64,000 nucleotides of DNA from Melioribacter roseus (GCA_020723165.1 DYJK01000004.1:3270-67269), one strand, 5' to 3'; counted from the stretch's first letter, positions 19,293-28,886 are shown. Made by a program: numbers and translations. The notes: generated from the sequence alone by a model not told the origin.

Positions 19293-20498
19293 ATGAGTAA
19301 ACAATATTTTGTCAGGGATATTGGTTTGGCTTCGAAGGGGGAGATACAAATTAAATGGGTCTCTAAGTGGATGCCGGTATTGAATAATCTTTATAAAAAA
19401 TTCAACGCTACCGGTGCGTTTAAAAATAAGAAAGTTGCTCTTTGCATTCATCTTGAAGCTAAAACAGCTTATTTAGCTTTAACGATTAAAAAATTAGGTG
19501 CCGAAGTTTGGGTGACAAGCAGTAATCCTCTCTCCACAAAAGATGAGGTAGCAGCAGCACTTGCAAAAAGAGGTGTGCATGTTTATGCAAGACATGCGGC
19601 GCCACACGATGAATATCTATCGTACATTGATACAATTCTAAAAAATAAAATGGATGTAACTGTTGATGATGGCGGAGACATATGTGAATATTTACATAAA
19701 AATCAGAAGTACGGTGTTAATATCAAAGGTATATGCGAAGAAACGACAACCGGTGTGAATCGCTTAAAAGAACTTGAGAAAAAGGGTAAACTTATTTATC
19801 CGTCAATTGCAGTCAATGATGCAAAATCCAAACATCTTTTTGATAATCGTTATGGAACGGGCCAATCTACCTGGACTGCAATTACCCAGCTAACAAACAT
19901 GAATGTTGCCGGCAAGTGTGTTGTTGTGGTTGGTTATGGCTGGGTTGGCAGAGGTGTTGCTGCGCGTGCACAAGGATTGGGTGCAAATGTTATTGTGACT
20001 GAAATTGATCCGTGGAAAGCGCTTGAAGCAAGCATGGATGGTTTCAGAGTTATGCCCGCTATAGATGCAGCACCCAAAGGTGATTTTTTTATCACAACAA
20101 CGGGTCAAAGCAAAGTAATCAGAATTGAACATATGAAAAAAATGAAGAATGGTGCTTTCCTTTCTAATGCCGGGCATTTTGATTATGAAATTGATATTCC
20201 GGCACTCAAAAAGTCAGCTAAAAAATGCGAAGTTGTAAGGGATGAAATCGAAGAATATCTTTTGCCAAATGGGAAAATGATTTATATTCTTGCGCGTGGA
20301 GGAATAATAAATATTGCCGGCGGTTTAGGCCATCCGGCAGATATTATGGATATGTCTTTCTCGGTTCAATTAGGTTGTCTTCATCATTTTCTATCTTCAA
20401 AGAAGATGCTTCCTAAACTTTACAAAGTCCCGGAAGAAATTGATCGCCTGGTTACTGTAGAAAAACTAAGAGTTGAAGGTGTAACAATTGATAGATAA
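19293..20498 (+). CDS. ahcY: adenosylhomocysteinase, short (archaeal/Thermotoga-like) form
   Basis: 401 aa. Contains HLEAKTAYLALTIKKLGAEV, DDGGD, EETTTGV and an NAD-binding VVVVGYGWVGRGVAARAQGLGANVIVTEIDP segment. Confidence 0.85.
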   Translation: MSKQYFVRDIGLASKGEIQIKWVSKWMPVLNNLYKKFNATGAFKNKKVALCIHLEAKTAYLALTIKKLGAEVWVTSSNPLSTKDEVAAALAKRGVHVYARHAAPHDEYLSYIDTILKNKMDVTVDDGGDICEYLHKNQKYGVNIKGICEETTTGVNRLKELEKKGKLIYPSIAVNDAKSKHLFDNRYGTGQSTWTAITQLTNMNVAGKCVVVVGYGWVGRGVAARAQGLGANVIVTEIDPWKALEASMDGFRVMPAIDAAPKGDFFITTTGQSKVIRIEHMKKMKNGAFLSNAGHFDYEIDIPALKKSAKKCEVVRDEIEEYLLPNGKMIYILARGGIINIAGGLGHPADIMDMSFSVQLGCLHHFLSSKKMLPKLYKVPEEIDRLVTVEKLRVEGVTIDR

Positions 20499-20514
20499 TT
20501 AATAGAGGTCCCAG

Positions 20515-21825
20515 ATGGATATATCTAGAATAATAAACTTTTTTGGAATCCCGGTATTACTTTTATTTGCCTGGCTGTTATCATCCAATCGCAAGGTCGT
20601 TAACTGGCGCGTGATTATATGGGGACTAATTATAGAATTAGTTTTAGCATTGTTCATATTTGTAATTCCAATTGGTACTAAATTTTTTCTGATTGTTAAT
20701 GACGTTGTGAACAGTATTCTTGATAGTGCTACATACGGAACAGTGTTTGTGTTTGGACCCCTGGCTTTATCACCGGGTAAAACATTACCTACCGGCGAGA
20801 CTTCAATTGGTTTTATATTAGCGTTTCAGGCATTGGCTACAATTATATTTTTTGCGGTGCTGGTTGGTCTTTTATATTATTATGGAATTATGAGCAAGGT
20901 GATCCAATTCTTCTCGCTTGTTTTTACAAAGTTGATGAAGATAAGCGGCGCGGAATCACTCTGTGCATCTTCCAACATTTTTGTCGGCGTCGAATCAGGC
21001 CTGGTAGTTAAACCGTACCTAGGTAAAATGACAAAATCTGAGTTGAATACGATACTTACTGCCGGTATGGCAACAATTGCATCAAGTATGCTTGCAGTCT
21101 ACATATTAATTTTAAGAAATGAATTCCCAAATATTGCCGGGCATCTTGTTTCAGCAAGTCTTATGAATGCGCCGGCTGCTATAATCATTTCTAAAATTCT
21201 TTTACCGGAAGAAGAAACACCGGTTACTCTCGGTAAAAATGTTAAACCTTTATATGAAAAGGAGAGCAGTTTTTTTGAATCTATTATTAATAATGCAAAT
21301 TCAGGCGTTAAGTTGATCGTTGGAATCAGTGCATTATTGCTGGCAGTATTGGGATTGATGTCCTTGCTCGATAAAATTTTAGTATTTCTTGGAGGAGAGA
21401 TTAACAATTTGTTCTCGTTAAATATTGATTGGACACTGAAAGGTTTGTTAGGCTATTTATTTTACCCGGTAACTTTCATAATAGGAATCCCGGCGAGTGA
21501 TGTTGCTTCTATTTCCAAAATTATCGGTGAAAGGTTGGTGCTTACCGAAATCCCGGCATTTAAAGATTTATCTGTTCTTATGGCAAGCGGAAGTTTATCT
21601 TCAATGCGGAGTGCTGTTATGACAACTTACGCATTAACCGGATTTGCGCACGTTGCTTCGATTGCAATTTTTGTTGGTGGTTTTACAGCATTAGCTCCGG
21701 AAAGAATTAAAGATTTTGCCAAATTGGGATTCCGTGCTTTAATAGGTGCAACACTTGCTAATCTGGTTACATCTACAATTGCCGGCTTATTCTATACTAA
21801 TGGAACAATATTGTTGGGCAATTAA
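20515..21825 (+). CDS. concentrative nucleoside transporter, NupC/CNT family
   Basis: 436 aa polytopic protein. N-terminal FGIPVLLLFAWLLSSNRKVVNWRVIIWGL and overall CNT-like layout. Confidence 0.75.
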   Translation: MDISRIINFFGIPVLLLFAWLLSSNRKVVNWRVIIWGLIIELVLALFIFVIPIGTKFFLIVNDVVNSILDSATYGTVFVFGPLALSPGKTLPTGETSIGFILAFQALATIIFFAVLVGLLYYYGIMSKVIQFFSLVFTKLMKISGAESLCASSNIFVGVESGLVVKPYLGKMTKSELNTILTAGMATIASSMLAVYILILRNEFPNIAGHLVSASLMNAPAAIIISKILLPEEETPVTLGKNVKPLYEKESSFFESIINNANSGVKLIVGISALLLAVLGLMSLLDKILVFLGGEINNLFSLNIDWTLKGLLGYLFYPVTFIIGIPASDVASISKIIGERLVLTEIPAFKDLSVLMASGSLSSMRSAVMTTYALTGFAHVASIAIFVGGFTALAPERIKDFAKLGFRALIGATLANLVTSTIAGLFYTNGTILLGN

Positions 21826-22857
21826 ATGCTTGCTTATCAAGATATACCGCATATTATAAAAAAAATGCCCAAAGTAGAAATCCATCTTCACTTAGAAGGT
21901 GCTTTCACATTTGATTTTCTTTTTGACCTGGTAAATAAATACGGCGGCGATCCTGAAATAAAAAATATAGACGATTTGCGTAAAAAGTTTGTGTTTTCTG
22001 ATTTCTCTCATTTTATAAATACGTGGTTTTGGAAAAATAAATTTTACCGTAAACCGGAAGATTTTGAAAATTCTACATATCAAACGTTAAAAAATTTGTC
22101 TCTGCAAAATGTTATTTACGCCGAAGTTTTTTTTTCGCCGTGGGATTTTGCGCCGAATAATTTAAGGATGGAAGAAATTGCTGAAGCTACGATATCCGGG
22201 ATCCGAAAAGCTGAAAACGATTTCCCGATTAAATGCGGATTGATAGCTGATATTGTTCGTGACCATGGTGCTGAAGGAGCGATAGAAAGATTACAACACA
22301 CAACTCCCTTCCTCGGAAGAGGAATAATAGGTATAGGATTGGGGGGGAATGAAAAAGATTTTCCTCCAATCTTTTTTAAAGATGTTTTTCATGAAGCAAA
22401 AAGAATAGGATTTAGAACTACTATCCATGCCGGCGAGGCATCCGGACCAGAATCAATTTGGTCGGCAATAAATGATCTTGAAGCGGAAAGGATTGGACAT
22501 GGTGTCAGGGCAGTTGAAGATCCGAAGCTCGTTGATTATCTATATTCAAAGCAAATTCCTCTCGAAGTTTGTATTACAAGTAATTTGAAGACTAGAGTAT
22601 TTCAGTCGCTTCATGAACACCCATTTGATGATTTTTATAAAAAGGGATTGATGGTAACCGTCAATTCCGATGATCCACCGATGTTCGGTTCGGACATTAC
22701 CGATGAATTTTTTCTTCTCTATGATAAGTTAAAATATAACTACGACGATTTAAAACAAATTACACTTAATGCTCTAAATTCCAGTTTCCTAGGTGAGAGT
22801 GAGAAGAAAAAATATCATGATATAATTACAAAGTACTGGGCTGCTATCAAACAATAA
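21826..22857 (+). CDS. add: adenosine deaminase-family amidohydrolase
   Basis: 343 aa. Metal-ligand motifs PKVEIHLHLEGA, TIHAGE, RIGHG and NSDDP. Starts immediately after the nupC stop. Confidence 0.85.
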   Translation: MLAYQDIPHIIKKMPKVEIHLHLEGAFTFDFLFDLVNKYGGDPEIKNIDDLRKKFVFSDFSHFINTWFWKNKFYRKPEDFENSTYQTLKNLSLQNVIYAEVFFSPWDFAPNNLRMEEIAEATISGIRKAENDFPIKCGLIADIVRDHGAEGAIERLQHTTPFLGRGIIGIGLGGNEKDFPPIFFKDVFHEAKRIGFRTTIHAGEASGPESIWSAINDLEAERIGHGVRAVEDPKLVDYLYSKQIPLEVCITSNLKTRVFQSLHEHPFDDFYKKGLMVTVNSDDPPMFGSDITDEFFLLYDKLKYNYDDLKQITLNALNSSFLGESEKKKYHDIITKYWAAIKQ

Positions 22858-22908
22858 ACCTTTTTGGAAATACTATGTTCAATTTCGATCATCCTTCTTA
22901 AGGTATTT

Positions 22909-23703
22909 CTACTTTTTGTTGGACTTGACCCCGAATAGAAATTTCAATGGTATGTGAATTCTTTCAGCCCAATCAATTTCAGAATGACTTCCGCCTTTTT
23001 CAAAATGACATTGTAAAATTTTCCCGAATCCTTTTTCTTTTAGCAATCTGCACATCAGTTTATTGTCTTTAATTAATTTTCTTTCATTGGTGCCACAGTC
23101 GATATAAATTTTTTGTGATGACGCAAAGCCGGGCGGTTTATCAAATATTTTAAAAATCTTTTTATCATCTACCCAGAATGAGTTTGAAAGACAAGCAACT
23201 TTACCAAAAACATCCGGGTAAAACCATGCTAGCTGAAAGGAATTCAATCCGCCCATGGAAGAACCCATAACTGCTGTATTTCTTGCATCGCTTTTTGTAC
23301 GGTAATGACTATCAATATGTTTTTTTAGTTCTTTTATTACAAAATCAGCATACAGCTTTCCCTTTTCCGTAAAGTAGTTGTATTCATCCAATCGATCGCG
23401 ATGATTGTAAATTCCTACAACAATAATTTCTTCAATCTCATTCTTGTCTATAAGTTTTGTCAATGTTTCATCAACACGCCAATCGTATCCAATATAAGCT
23501 GTATGCGGACTAAAAAGGTTCTGTCCATCGTGCATATATAAAACCGGGTACTTCTTATTTGATGTTAGATAAGAAGGAGGCAGCCAAATAATTATGTCCC
23601 TTTCATTTTTTAGATTATAACTATAGAACTCATGCAAAAATTCTACATGCCCAATAATTTCATCTTGTCCAAATTTATTTTGATTTTCCCTGAACAATTT
23701 CAT
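22909..23703 (-). CDS. alpha/beta-hydrolase 'putative esterase' family protein
   Basis: 264 aa. YPVLYMHDGQNLF and the nucleophile elbow GSSMGG. Confidence 0.7.
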   Translation of the reverse strand: MKLFRENQNKFGQDEIIGHVEFLHEFYSYNLKNERDIIIWLPPSYLTSNKKYPVLYMHDGQNLFSPHTAYIGYDWRVDETLTKLIDKNEIEEIIVVGIYNHRDRLDEYNYFTEKGKLYADFVIKELKKHIDSHYRTKSDARNTAVMGSSMGGLNSFQLAWFYPDVFGKVACLSNSFWVDDKKIFKIFDKPPGFASSQKIYIDCGTNERKLIKDNKLMCRLLKEKGFGKILQCHFEKGGSHSEIDWAERIHIPLKFLFGVKSNKK

Positions 23704-24054
23704 CTCGTTTTCTGATGGCTATCATATTACCAATATAATATTTTTGATTGATTTATTATCGATTGAATAACTGGAAAATAAATTGTACGGATTACAATTT
23801 TAGTCTGGCAAGTTTATTTCTTGGATTTCCTTTTATGGGTAATAAATAATACTGCTTTGAAATAAAAATAGTTCAACTAAACCGATTGTCCCGATAAAAA
23901 TAATTTTATTCTCGCCAAAAAAAATGTCTTGGTTTATTCTTCATTCTCACTATGATACTTTTTCCAATATTAAATAGTGTGAAATGGTTTCAAAAAATTG
24001 TTTTCGTCCGGCACTATAATTGGAATATTTTTACAAACTATACTGATTATAACA

Positions 24055-24447
24055 ATGCAGCTTATAGATATAATATTTAATGTGCTCATATTCGGTGGTG
24101 CATTATTAGTGATTGTTGTATTTATTTCGTATATCGTTTCAAAATCAAGGGACGAAGAGCAATCATATAAATCTGTATTACCGCCAAAACCAATTGTAGT
24201 CCGTAATCAAATTGAACAACCGATTTTAAGAAACCAAAATCTTAATGTTGTGCAGCTTTATAATACTCCTAAGGAATTAAAAGTTGTACGTAAACCTACA
24301 GTTGCTAAAAGAGAGCCGCCTGAAAATCTTTATGAACACGAAAGACTTCCGAAAAGAAAAACCGGTGATAACGGGAAGAGATACACTATTGTAAATGAAG
24401 AGATGCAGAAATCACACAAACCACGTGTTATAAACTTTTATTTGTAG
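24055..24447 (+). CDS. hypothetical small membrane-anchored protein
   Basis: The ORF (track start is TTG at 23998) has a more plausible internal ATG at 24055. One TM segment, then a charged tail. No recognisable family. Confidence 0.35.
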   Translation: MQLIDIIFNVLIFGGALLVIVVFISYIVSKSRDEEQSYKSVLPPKPIVVRNQIEQPILRNQNLNVVQLYNTPKELKVVRKPTVAKREPPENLYEHERLPKRKTGDNGKRYTIVNEEMQKSHKPRVINFYL

Positions 24448-24451
24448 CGAT

Positions 24452-24593
24452 AAAAAGAGGTTGTCTCAAAAGTAATTATTCAAATAAAAAATCTGTGTGA
24501 ATCTGTTTTAATCAGAGCTTGCCCGCCGTTTGTTGGCGGGTTATCCGTGTGCTATTCTTTAAAAAATTTTACTTTTGAGACAATCTCTTTTTT
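24452..24593. terminator. large composite inverted repeat between convergent genes (probable bidirectional terminator)
   Basis: 24-nt arms AAAAAGAGGTTGTCTCAAAAGTAA (24452-24475) and TTACTTTTGAGACAATCTCTTTTT (24569-24592), with one mismatch. They enclose an inner hairpin GCCCGCC-GTTTGTT-GGCGGGT. Confidence 0.55.
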
Positions 24594-24662
24594 TATAAAT
24601 CCATATCTATTATCCGGTATCCACTTGTCTCGTCTTCGATTGATCGAACCGTGGTACCCGGC

Positions 24663-26363
24663 TTACGCTTTCATTCTCTCGCCCTTTTCTTCTTTTATAA
24701 AGATCCAGCCGACAATTTTTCCTATATCGATTGTTTCAAAATTATTCCAATATTTTTTGTTTCTGACGTACATCGAACTTGTGTCGGCATCCGGGATAGA
24801 ATCAGCATCGGTTAAAATAGTTTGCAGTCTCTCTTGCCACATTTTCATGTTCTCTTCACGTAGATCAACCCATCCATCGTGTGCCCATAGCTTGATCGCT
24901 TTCTCGTTTATCTCCAATTCATTATCACCACGGAATGGGGGAATTTTAATATCTTTTCCTCGCAACAAAGATTTGCCATCTGGTAAAAGAATTGGAATAC
25001 TGATCGAGACAATTTCGTTTCTGAGTTTGGGATTACTTTTTAATGTTTCAAAACATTTTTCTGACAATGATTTTGGTGATTGCTTTAATATCTCTTTAAT
25101 TGATGGGAAATTAATTTTCAGTAAATTAATTTCATGCAACAGTTTCGAAAGTCTCGGTGGTCCAAGCAACTCGAATGCAACGCTATTAACGTTATGAAGT
25201 TTTTCAAGTTCGGCAAGTTTATCAACAGCTGCGTGCTGCATGAACCCGGCTCTGTACGATGGCTCTAATGTAGCATGATCAAGAGCATTGATAATATCAT
25301 GACCGGTATTGCCGCCTTTGATTTCCCGGATTGCATCGATAGCTATTTCTTCCGGGGTTACATATTCCATTTGTCCTTGTGTGGTTATCGCTTCAAATTC
25401 TCCACGCGAAAAAGTCCCATTCTCACCGGTATCAATAAATACGGATTTTAAAGATTCACCGGTGGACTTATATTGTTTATCAGCTTTTAATTTGAATTTG
25501 CCGGTCAGTGGCGTTGCTTCTTCTAGTTGAACATTAAATACTTCAATCGGCTTGCCTTGTTTTTTAATTTCACCAAATTCTATTCTCTTCCACGCAATTG
25601 CAGCGGTAGGTTTGATTTCTTTTGTGATAGGACCATCGGGTGTTCTCCCCATTAAAAATAGAAGTAGGGTATGTGCACCGGCAACAGATGATTTACTAAG
25701 TAATACACGTGATGGTTTTTCTTCGCTGTGCGTGTAAGGAATATTTAATCCCATTCCACCGGTGCCGCTCGTTCCGATCTTAACATAAATTTTTGTGTTC
25801 GTATGATTCATTGAATTGAACAAAATCTGAACATGCCTGATTAATTGCGGAATATACATTGTGCAGAGTAACTTCTCGGTTTCTGCGGCAATATCTTGCG
25901 CACTTGCTTTCGTCTCGATCGTTTTTTTAATACGGTGGTATGTTGAATAAACATCTTGATATGCAATCCCGGTTGCAGTATTAATGCAGTCAACAATTAT
26001 TTCAGGTTTGAATTCAGATAATAATTTGTATATAGATGAATTGCGAAGAACCTCGTCTGTTAACTCTTCCATCGTATCTTTAACAAGCACTTTTCTTTTT
26101 TCAGGATCTTCTAAAAGTTCATAACGATTCATATCCTTAAAATCGTAACGCACAAAAATATTTCCCCACCACGGAACAAAATAATCATCCGGCAAACCGG
26201 GGAATTCTTTTTTTAAGCGGCTAATTTCTTCTTCTGCTTCTTCCTTTTTTAATGAAGTTACAATTACTCTCTTTGGTTTTTCCGGCATTAATTTTCTTAT
26301 TACTGCATTGCCAACTAAACCCCAGCCGCCTAAAACTAAAACTGTTTTGTTTTGAATATCCAT
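24663..26363 (-). CDS. uncharacterised 566-aa protein with N-terminal NAD(P)-binding Rossmann fold
   Basis: KTVLVLGGWGLVGNAVIRKL (GxGxxG), then VDCINTATGIAYQD. The remaining roughly 400 aa have no motif I recognise. Confidence 0.6.
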   Translation of the reverse strand: MDIQNKTVLVLGGWGLVGNAVIRKLMPEKPKRVIVTSLKKEEAEEEISRLKKEFPGLPDDYFVPWWGNIFVRYDFKDMNRYELLEDPEKRKVLVKDTMEELTDEVLRNSSIYKLLSEFKPEIIVDCINTATGIAYQDVYSTYHRIKKTIETKASAQDIAAETEKLLCTMYIPQLIRHVQILFNSMNHTNTKIYVKIGTSGTGGMGLNIPYTHSEEKPSRVLLSKSSVAGAHTLLLFLMGRTPDGPITKEIKPTAAIAWKRIEFGEIKKQGKPIEVFNVQLEEATPLTGKFKLKADKQYKSTGESLKSVFIDTGENGTFSRGEFEAITTQGQMEYVTPEEIAIDAIREIKGGNTGHDIINALDHATLEPSYRAGFMQHAAVDKLAELEKLHNVNSVAFELLGPPRLSKLLHEINLLKINFPSIKEILKQSPKSLSEKCFETLKSNPKLRNEIVSISIPILLPDGKSLLRGKDIKIPPFRGDNELEINEKAIKLWAHDGWVDLREENMKMWQERLQTILTDADSIPDADTSSMYVRNKKYWNNFETIDIGKIVGWIFIKEEKGERMKA

Positions 26364-26586
26364 AATTCCTCATCTATCATAATTGGATAAATTTGTATTT
26401 GAAAATTACGTCTTGCTATTTACCTCTGCAAGGAAATAAGGAATCGATATTTTACGTTATTGATACCGGGTCTTTTTTCAATTCTTAATGCCGGAATTAC
26501 TTTTTATTTTGCACTTCGATTAATTGATTAAACAAAGAGGCTTTCTTAACTTTGGAACAGTTATTAAAAGAAAATTGTAGGTTTAA

Positions 26587-27060
26587 ATGCGTATTTGCGA
26601 TCTATTATCAAAAGAAAAAATTATTCCTTCCATGCAAGGAAAAAATAAAATCGATGTGATTAATGAGATGATTGATTTGTTTAAGTATGACGACAAAGTT
26701 ATCAATGTTGAAATATTACGAGAAGCAGTTCACGATAGAGAAAAAATTATGTCAACCGGGGTTGGAAAGGGGTTTGCAATTCCCCACGCAAAGACAAATA
26801 CTGTAAACGAAATAATAGCCGCATTCGGTAAATTAGATGTGCCGATTGATTTCCAGGCTCTTGATGGTCAGCCGGTTAACTTAGTATTTTTGCTGGTAGG
26901 TAAAGAAAATTTGGTTGGTCCCCATATTAAACTTCTAAGTAGAATATCCCGTATGATGAATAAAGAAGAATTCCGGGAAAGTCTTCTAAATGCAAAAACT
27001 TCTGAAGAAATTTATAATCTTTTCGAAATCGAAGAGAAACAATACTTCGAAATTACATAA
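26587..27060 (+). CDS. ptsN: PTS EIIA-Ntr-like regulatory protein
   Basis: 157 aa. STGVGKGFAIPHAKT, with the phosphorylatable His in its usual context. Confidence 0.75.
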   Translation: MRICDLLSKEKIIPSMQGKNKIDVINEMIDLFKYDDKVINVEILREAVHDREKIMSTGVGKGFAIPHAKTNTVNEIIAAFGKLDVPIDFQALDGQPVNLVFLLVGKENLVGPHIKLLSRISRMMNKEEFRESLLNAKTSEEIYNLFEIEEKQYFEIT

Positions 27061-27075
27061 CACCGGAAGCTACGA

Positions 27076-28338
27076 ATGATCAAAGCTATTACCGGCACAA
27101 AAGATATTTTACCAATCGATATACCTAAGTGGAGATATTTGGAGAATACCGTTATCTCTACAATGACGCGTTTCAATTACAAAGAGATCCGCACACCGGT
27201 ATTTGAAGAGACATCACTTTTTGCTCGCGGTATTGGCGAAGCAACTGATATAGTAAGTAAAGAGATGTACACGTTTATAGATAGAAGCGGAACAAGTGTT
27301 ACGCTTAAACCTGAGATGACTGCCGGTGTTGTACGCGCATTTATTGAGCATTCATTAGATAAAAAACAGAGCTTGAATAAACTCTTTTACATTTCTCCTA
27401 TGTTTAGGCAAGAAAGACCTCAAGCCGGGCGTTACAGACAATTCCATCAGTTTGGTGCCGAAGCACTTGGCAGCAATGATCCGATTCTTGACGCTGAAAT
27501 AATTATTATAGCTTATGATATTTTTAAACAGCTTGGGTTGAAAAATCTTTCGGTTAAAATTAATTCACTTGGTGTTCCCGAATCGAGGGAGAAGTACAAA
27601 AATATTTTGCGCGAATATTTGGATAAATATTTCAATGATCTAACAGCCGAAAGCAGAAAAAGATTTGATACAAATATTCTACGCATCTTCGATAGCAAAG
27701 AGGGACAAGACCAAAAGATTATGGAAAACGCCCCGCTGCTTATTGAGCATCTCGATACCGAAAGTCTAGAACACTTTGAAAAGGTAAAACAAGCTTTGCT
27801 CTCTGCACATGTTCCTTTTGAAATAGATCCCAAATTAGTGCGCGGATTGGATTACTATACTCATACTACTTTCGAAATTGTAAGCGGAAGCGTTGGCTCG
27901 CAAAGTGCATTATGTGGCGGCGGAAGATATAATTTACTTGTAAAGGAACTCGGCGGCGGAGATGTGCCGGGTGTTGGTTTTGCTTCCGGTATTGAAAGGG
28001 TTCTATTAGCATGTGAAAATGAAAAATCTTTTTCACTTAGTGAAGAAAAAATCGATCTCTATATTGTTACTCTAGATAAGGAATTAAATGGCTTTTCATA
28101 TACCACCGCTATTGAATTAAGAAGGCATGGAATTACGGTTGAACTTGACTATTTATCGCGTAGTGTTAAAGCTCAAATGAGGGAAGCCAACAAACTGAAT
28201 GCAAGATTCGTGTTAATGGTTGGTGGTGAGGAATTCAAGCAAAATCAAATTTTACTGAAAAACATGGCTAATGGTGAACAAATTAATTTTGAAAAATCTG
28301 ATATGAACAAAATAATTTCTTTACTAAAGGAGAATTAA
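27076..28338 (+). CDS. hisS: histidine--tRNA ligase
   Basis: 420 aa. Class II motifs: YISPMFRQERPQAGRYRQFHQFG, GGGRYNLL and GFASGIERV. Confidence 0.95.
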   Translation: MIKAITGTKDILPIDIPKWRYLENTVISTMTRFNYKEIRTPVFEETSLFARGIGEATDIVSKEMYTFIDRSGTSVTLKPEMTAGVVRAFIEHSLDKKQSLNKLFYISPMFRQERPQAGRYRQFHQFGAEALGSNDPILDAEIIIIAYDIFKQLGLKNLSVKINSLGVPESREKYKNILREYLDKYFNDLTAESRKRFDTNILRIFDSKEGQDQKIMENAPLLIEHLDTESLEHFEKVKQALLSAHVPFEIDPKLVRGLDYYTHTTFEIVSGSVGSQSALCGGGRYNLLVKELGGGDVPGVGFASGIERVLLACENEKSFSLSEEKIDLYIVTLDKELNGFSYTTAIELRRHGITVELDYLSRSVKAQMREANKLNARFVLMVGGEEFKQNQILLKNMANGEQINFEKSDMNKIISLLKEN

Positions 28339-28857
28339 TTGTCTCTCCGCAAACCGACTGACATTCCTAAGATACCCAAAACAAGAAAGAAGAATGCACA
28401 TACAGCTTTAATAACGATCCCTTCTAAAAAACCTGATAAACTTGAATATGTTTGTAAAACATTTTTTAAGTACGACGAAAAAATAAAAAAGCAGTTTTAT
28501 GCTTTTGTTCTTGAAACTGTAGTAGAGTTCACGAGTTTTTCATATGAAATTGCTGTTGAAATAATACGCGAAAAAAATGTTATTAATTTTATTCTTATGG
28601 GTTTAAAAGCAAAAATGGATGCTGTACCAAATATCCAGCCGGCTAACAAAGAATTGTTATTCGAAGATTTGATCGGGGATTACACCGTTAATGTTGTTAA
28701 ACAAGATGGTGCAATTAATTCCGCTGATTTTAATTTCAATATATTTAAAAAACAAATTGATTTAAAAAAAGAATACAAACCGAAGAAAAAAAATAACCGG
28801 CTCTTCTGTAAGTTCGAAGTTGCTAAAGACCAATTTTCATTTCCGGTATTAAGTTAG
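28339..28857 (+). CDS. hypothetical protein (172 aa, Lys-rich)
   Basis: The ORF starts (TTG) directly after the hisS stop. No recognisable domain. Confidence 0.4.
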   Translation: MSLRKPTDIPKIPKTRKKNAHTALITIPSKKPDKLEYVCKTFFKYDEKIKKQFYAFVLETVVEFTSFSYEIAVEIIREKNVINFILMGLKAKMDAVPNIQPANKELLFEDLIGDYTVNVVKQDGAINSADFNFNIFKKQIDLKKEYKPKKKNNRLFCKFEVAKDQFSFPVLS

Positions 28858-28886
28858 TATATAACTTTAATTTTTTTGTGAGATAG

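Noticed and set aside
24547-25197. 216-aa + strand ORF in the track
   Set aside because: It is entirely antisense to the well-supported 566-aa gene (24663-26363) and starts inside a terminator-like inverted repeat. The translation is low-complexity (S/L/F-rich) with no start context. Treated as a shadow ORF.
26540-26586. Possible sigma-54 promoter (TTGGAACAGTTATTAAAAG) upstream of ptsN
   Set aside because: It has a GG at a -24-like position but lacks the -12 TTGC/GC element at the right spacing. Not supportable.
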